Shown: one piece after another, positions 62,601 through 64,000 of the stretch
Layout of the letters: every line of letters begins with the position of its first letter
Numbering within the stretch: the first letter of the stretch is position 1
Source of the DNA: Bacteroidales bacterium
Lineage (GTDB): Bacteria; Bacteroidota; Bacteroidia; Bacteroidales; Muribaculaceae
Direction: 5' to 3'
Assembly: GCA_014800605.1 (NCBI GenBank)
Contig: JAAVFS010000122.1
Location: 373-64,372 of the forward strand
DNA: 64,000 nt
Translations under genes and position numbers: made by a program
Notes under the pieces: model-generated
What the model was told of the DNA's origin: nothing
The model's input: the letters and a program-made list of their open reading frames with translations, nothing else
The model's database searches: none

Positions 62601-63358
62601 ACGGTGTAGTTACTTACAACAGCTACGTCAGACCCGCTTTTGCCCATGTCGTGGCTGAAGGGAGCTTTGATGGCATTTTCGGGAGCCTTGTCGACCGACA
62701 GGTTGAAATACTTCACTGTGCCGTTCTGTGCCTTGGTGGTCAGATTGTGGAGGCCTATATAATAGTAGCCCTCGGCAGGAACGTCGACTGCGAATGTATG
62801 TTTTGTCTGGTCTTTCGAGTCTTGATTGATGACGGGGGAGACCTCCATGGTCATGGCTTCGACAGTGGGAGCAGTGCCCATCATCAGCTGTGTGGTGATT
62901 CCGGTAGCCGAGGCACCCATGATGCCCAGATCGATGGATATATTATATGTACCCTGCTGGAAAAGCACGGGTACTGAGATCATCCAGTCGTCGGATGCCT
63001 CTACACCCTCGGCGTTTGGGGGCATACAAGCCGAATAGTTGTTGACAGTAGCGATTTTCCAAGAGCGGTCGTCGCCGTTGGCATCAATAAATGTGTATTT
63101 TTTTACTGTTTCGACATCGGCGCTGTTCCTTCCTAAGTCGTGGCTAAAGGGTGCTGTGACAGTATTTTCGGGAGTCTCATCTTCAGCCAGAGTGTTAACA
63201 CGGACCTTCGCAGGCATCAGTGAATTGCGATGCGACTCTACGTTGAGCTGTTTAAGCGCGCGGTTGCTGCTGCGTGATGAGCGTGTGGCCGCTTGTTGCG
63301 CCGATGCAGAAAGGCAGAGTGATGCAAAAAGAGTTGCAAATAGTAACGATTTTTTCAT
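59696..63358 (-). CDS. Large secreted multidomain protein with a T9SS C-terminal sorting domain (adhesin/binding-protein-like)
   Basis: Signal peptide MKKSLLFATLFASLCLSASAQ (ATG 63358), two tandem ~160-aa repeats, beta-rich middle domains, and a CTD-like end (ETIYNLSGIKI..GIYIVATPERAVKAHLK). Confidence 0.8.
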   Translation of the reverse strand: MKKSLLFATLFASLCLSASAQQAATRSSRSSNRALKQLNVESHRNSLMPAKVRVNTLAEDETPENTVTAPFSHDLGRNSADVETVKKYTFIDANGDDRSWKIATVNNYSACMPPNAEGVEASDDWMISVPVLFQQGTYNISIDLGIMGASATGITTQLMMGTAPTVEAMTMEVSPVINQDSKDQTKHTFAVDVPAEGYYYIGLHNLTTKAQNGTVKYFNLSVDKAPENAIKAPFSHDMGKSGSDVAVVSNYTVIDANADSRTWKPAGMSDYTPCMLPNTDEIESADDWIITVPVYMTAGDYTVAADLSYIGTGATGMTVELKLGTAPTVEGMIAEIAPTTVITTKDRTTYEYPCAIPHDGYYYIGLHNLTTKEQKATVKLHKLSVTAGEIVKIDPPAAGELSWVVAPKGELKATLTYTAPTKTVSGDDLKEITKVVLTSRWGVDTYTFDEVTPGQVITQEVDMYAGYNNRFTAVAYVADVAGEVVEYKSIFCGPDSPLAPTDVTLTVADDYKSATLTWNAPGEVGENGGYVDTDSITYYIFDAFGTYYDPAIGTTSETSYTINYSDLSEQDFFAYQVTAGVGDYYSLEGVSNIITAGEPAPMPFSESFVDGYYDGIWMSESDGKNLLQQYGTMDDSYFESLIDPEDPDAPKPLKSRDGDNGFFFWLPVDKDALLGLISVRTDISKATEPVLEFWYQGQGSTIDVLIAGGTDSLKIAKTIDLKENPATDWTLAQIPLDSYKAKGAIQFEIRMLANHNDDEHTWSIPLDNICIRDLAGNSLRVFPVNAPAKATPGSDIKLTAQIENIGKTAISPVAQLFLGDEMIDSKELAALDSRALATVEFDYNVPLFADDELDFRIVFSAEGVATDAAYVTSATVEVVYPIYPSVTELAGEPNGDNTVTLSWTAPNWDHLKEPVTIEDDFESDDYTPLTISGPGEWTVYDGDQTKTYNIFRELVNPYQTAPMAFQLFNRVIAEVPDQYWEDAAPHSGNSFMLAPSAQSALNDNWLISPRLSGREQTITFWAKGFSIAWPESFTVYYSTTGNTVDCFTEALTEVTGLATDNLSEEWMLYSYKLPEGATYFAICHDAYDSCALFVDDVTYQGTSAVPEDLEITGYHVFRNGEQISSEPVNDTIFVDTLPTDKPGTFDHEYAVVPVYNHGTARATHTTVTVTVSGIEEITIDSLTGAETIYNLSGIKIDRKHLTPGIYIVATPERAVKAHLK
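62204..63172 (-). repeat. Tandem duplication of a ~160-aa domain inside the T9SS cargo gene (aa 78-240 and 241-400)
   Basis: The repeats share PEN..APFSHD.G, DDW.I.VPV, LGTAPTVE, GYYYIGLHNLTTK. The shared DNA string GGTCAGATTGTGGAG recurs with a ~490-nt period. Confidence 0.8.
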
Positions 63359-63400
63359 AATAGACACTGTGATAATAGTGTGATTGGTGTGAATTTCTCG

Positions 63401-63408
63401 CAAAATTA
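63401..63408 (-). promoter_or_regulatory. Bacteroidota -7 box (TAATTTTG on the minus strand) for the T9SS cargo gene
   Basis: TAnnTTTG 43 nt upstream of ATG 63358 and inside the ORF-track N-terminal extension. Confidence 0.45.
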
Positions 63409-63410
63409 GC

Positions 63411-63446
63411 TTATTCGCATTTAAATTGCAATTAAAATGCGAATAA
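63411..63446 (-). terminator. Terminator hairpin after the glycosyltransferase gene (11-bp stem TTATTCGCATT/AATGCGAATAA)
   Basis: Perfect AT-rich stem 50 nt after the stop at 63496. Confidence 0.4.
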
Positions 63447-63495
63447 TTGTTGGAATTTATATTTCAACGGCTTAAAGAAGTATACTAATAAAGTA

Positions 63496-64000
63496 TTAGA
63501 TTAATAAGCGGTAGACGTCGGCGGTCGTGGCGGCAATGGTGTCCCAGTCATAGCTTCTGAGGTCGTAATCGACGGAACGGTAGGGGCGTTCGAGAGCGGC
63601 GATTATCTTTTCGGATAGATCGTTAGGGTTGCCGGGGGCTGCCGGCATGGGATATCCGTAGGCTGAGGGAAACAGGCGCGTGGCCGGCAGGTCGGTCGCA
63701 ACGATGGGGAGCCTGTAGGTCATGGCCTCAAGCAATGCGATGGGAAATCCCTCGTTGACGCTCGACATGACGAAAAGTCTCGCGTGAGAGTAGAGCTGGC
63801 GGAGGTCTTCTCCCTGAGTAAAGCCGGTGAAGATGGTTATGCCGGTGGTGTCGAGAGCTTTGAGCCTGGTGAGATACTGCTCATCATGGTCGGGCGATCC
63901 GGCGATTACGAGCTTGGTGTCGCCGGCGAGAGACTGGACGCTTTGTATTAAGTCGTCGAATCCCTTCTCGGGGGTGATTCGCCCGACGGCAAGTATATAC
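63496..64000 (-). CDS. Family-1-fold (GT4-like) glycosyltransferase, C-terminal part; the gene continues beyond the right edge
   Basis: The frame is open to the window edge. C-terminal GT-B motif ..LFVMSSVNEGFPIALLEAMTYRLPIVATD. Confidence 0.8.
   Translation of the reverse strand, partial: YILAVGRITPEKGFDDLIQSVQSLAGDTKLVIAGSPDHDEQYLTRLKALDTTGITIFTGFTQGEDLRQLYSHARLFVMSSVNEGFPIALLEAMTYRLPIVATDLPATRLFPSAYGYPMPAAPGNPNDLSEKIIAALERPYRSVDYDLRSYDWDTIAATTADVYRLLI

Noticed and set aside
1-64000. CRISPR arrays, rRNA and tRNA genes
   Set aside because: Reading the intergenic regions, I saw no regularly spaced direct repeats, no rRNA-like stretches and no tRNA-like T-arm/acceptor patterns. tRNAscan-SE, Infernal and a CRISPR finder should still be run to confirm.

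Overview
This 64-kb window looks like a chromosomal segment of a GC-rich Bacteroidales (Bacteroidota) genome. The supporting evidence is a SusC/SusD pair, two cargo proteins with C-terminal T9SS sorting domains, BlaI/BlaR1-TonB modules, TamA/TamB, and repeated Bacteroidota-type TAnnTTTG -7 boxes upstream of many genes. I support about 50 CDS, most on the minus strand.

The housekeeping backbone contains:
- ROK kinase, ddl, a murF-like ligase, hisS, rpsO, an rpoZ-like gene and bamD
- ilvE, dprA, der, era, fabH, rpmF and yceD
- a fused DAHP synthase/chorismate mutase

I recognised no rRNA, tRNA or CRISPR array by eye.

Observations worth a second look:
1. A visibly AT-rich 4,767-bp IS1595-family transposon at 29746-34512. 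It has 23-bp terminal inverted repeats and a perfect 8-bp target-site duplication. It carries six passenger genes: a P63C-domain protein, three small exported proteins and a NYN/zinc-ribbon protein.
2. That transposon sits inside an array of REP-like palindromes (GCCGCTCCGCGGC) next to a solitary IS200-like Y1 (RAYT-like) transposase.
3. A ~560-bp GC-rich, ORF-free, palindrome-dense element at 22975-23540. It has a direct-repeat hairpin pair and ~78-nt inverted arms. I could not match it to any RNA family I know.
4. A six-gene, translationally coupled operon of exported Gfo/Idh/MocA-type oxidoreductases (two with Tat signals) that embeds an ApbE flavin transferase lacking a signal peptide.
5. 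A MurF-like ligase with a polytopic membrane N-terminus, in an operon with ddl and an alpha/beta hydrolase.
6. A SusCD locus with no CAZymes, next to a T9SS S8 protease.

All calls come from reading the ORF translations and the DNA by eye. No database search, folding or covariation analysis was possible.
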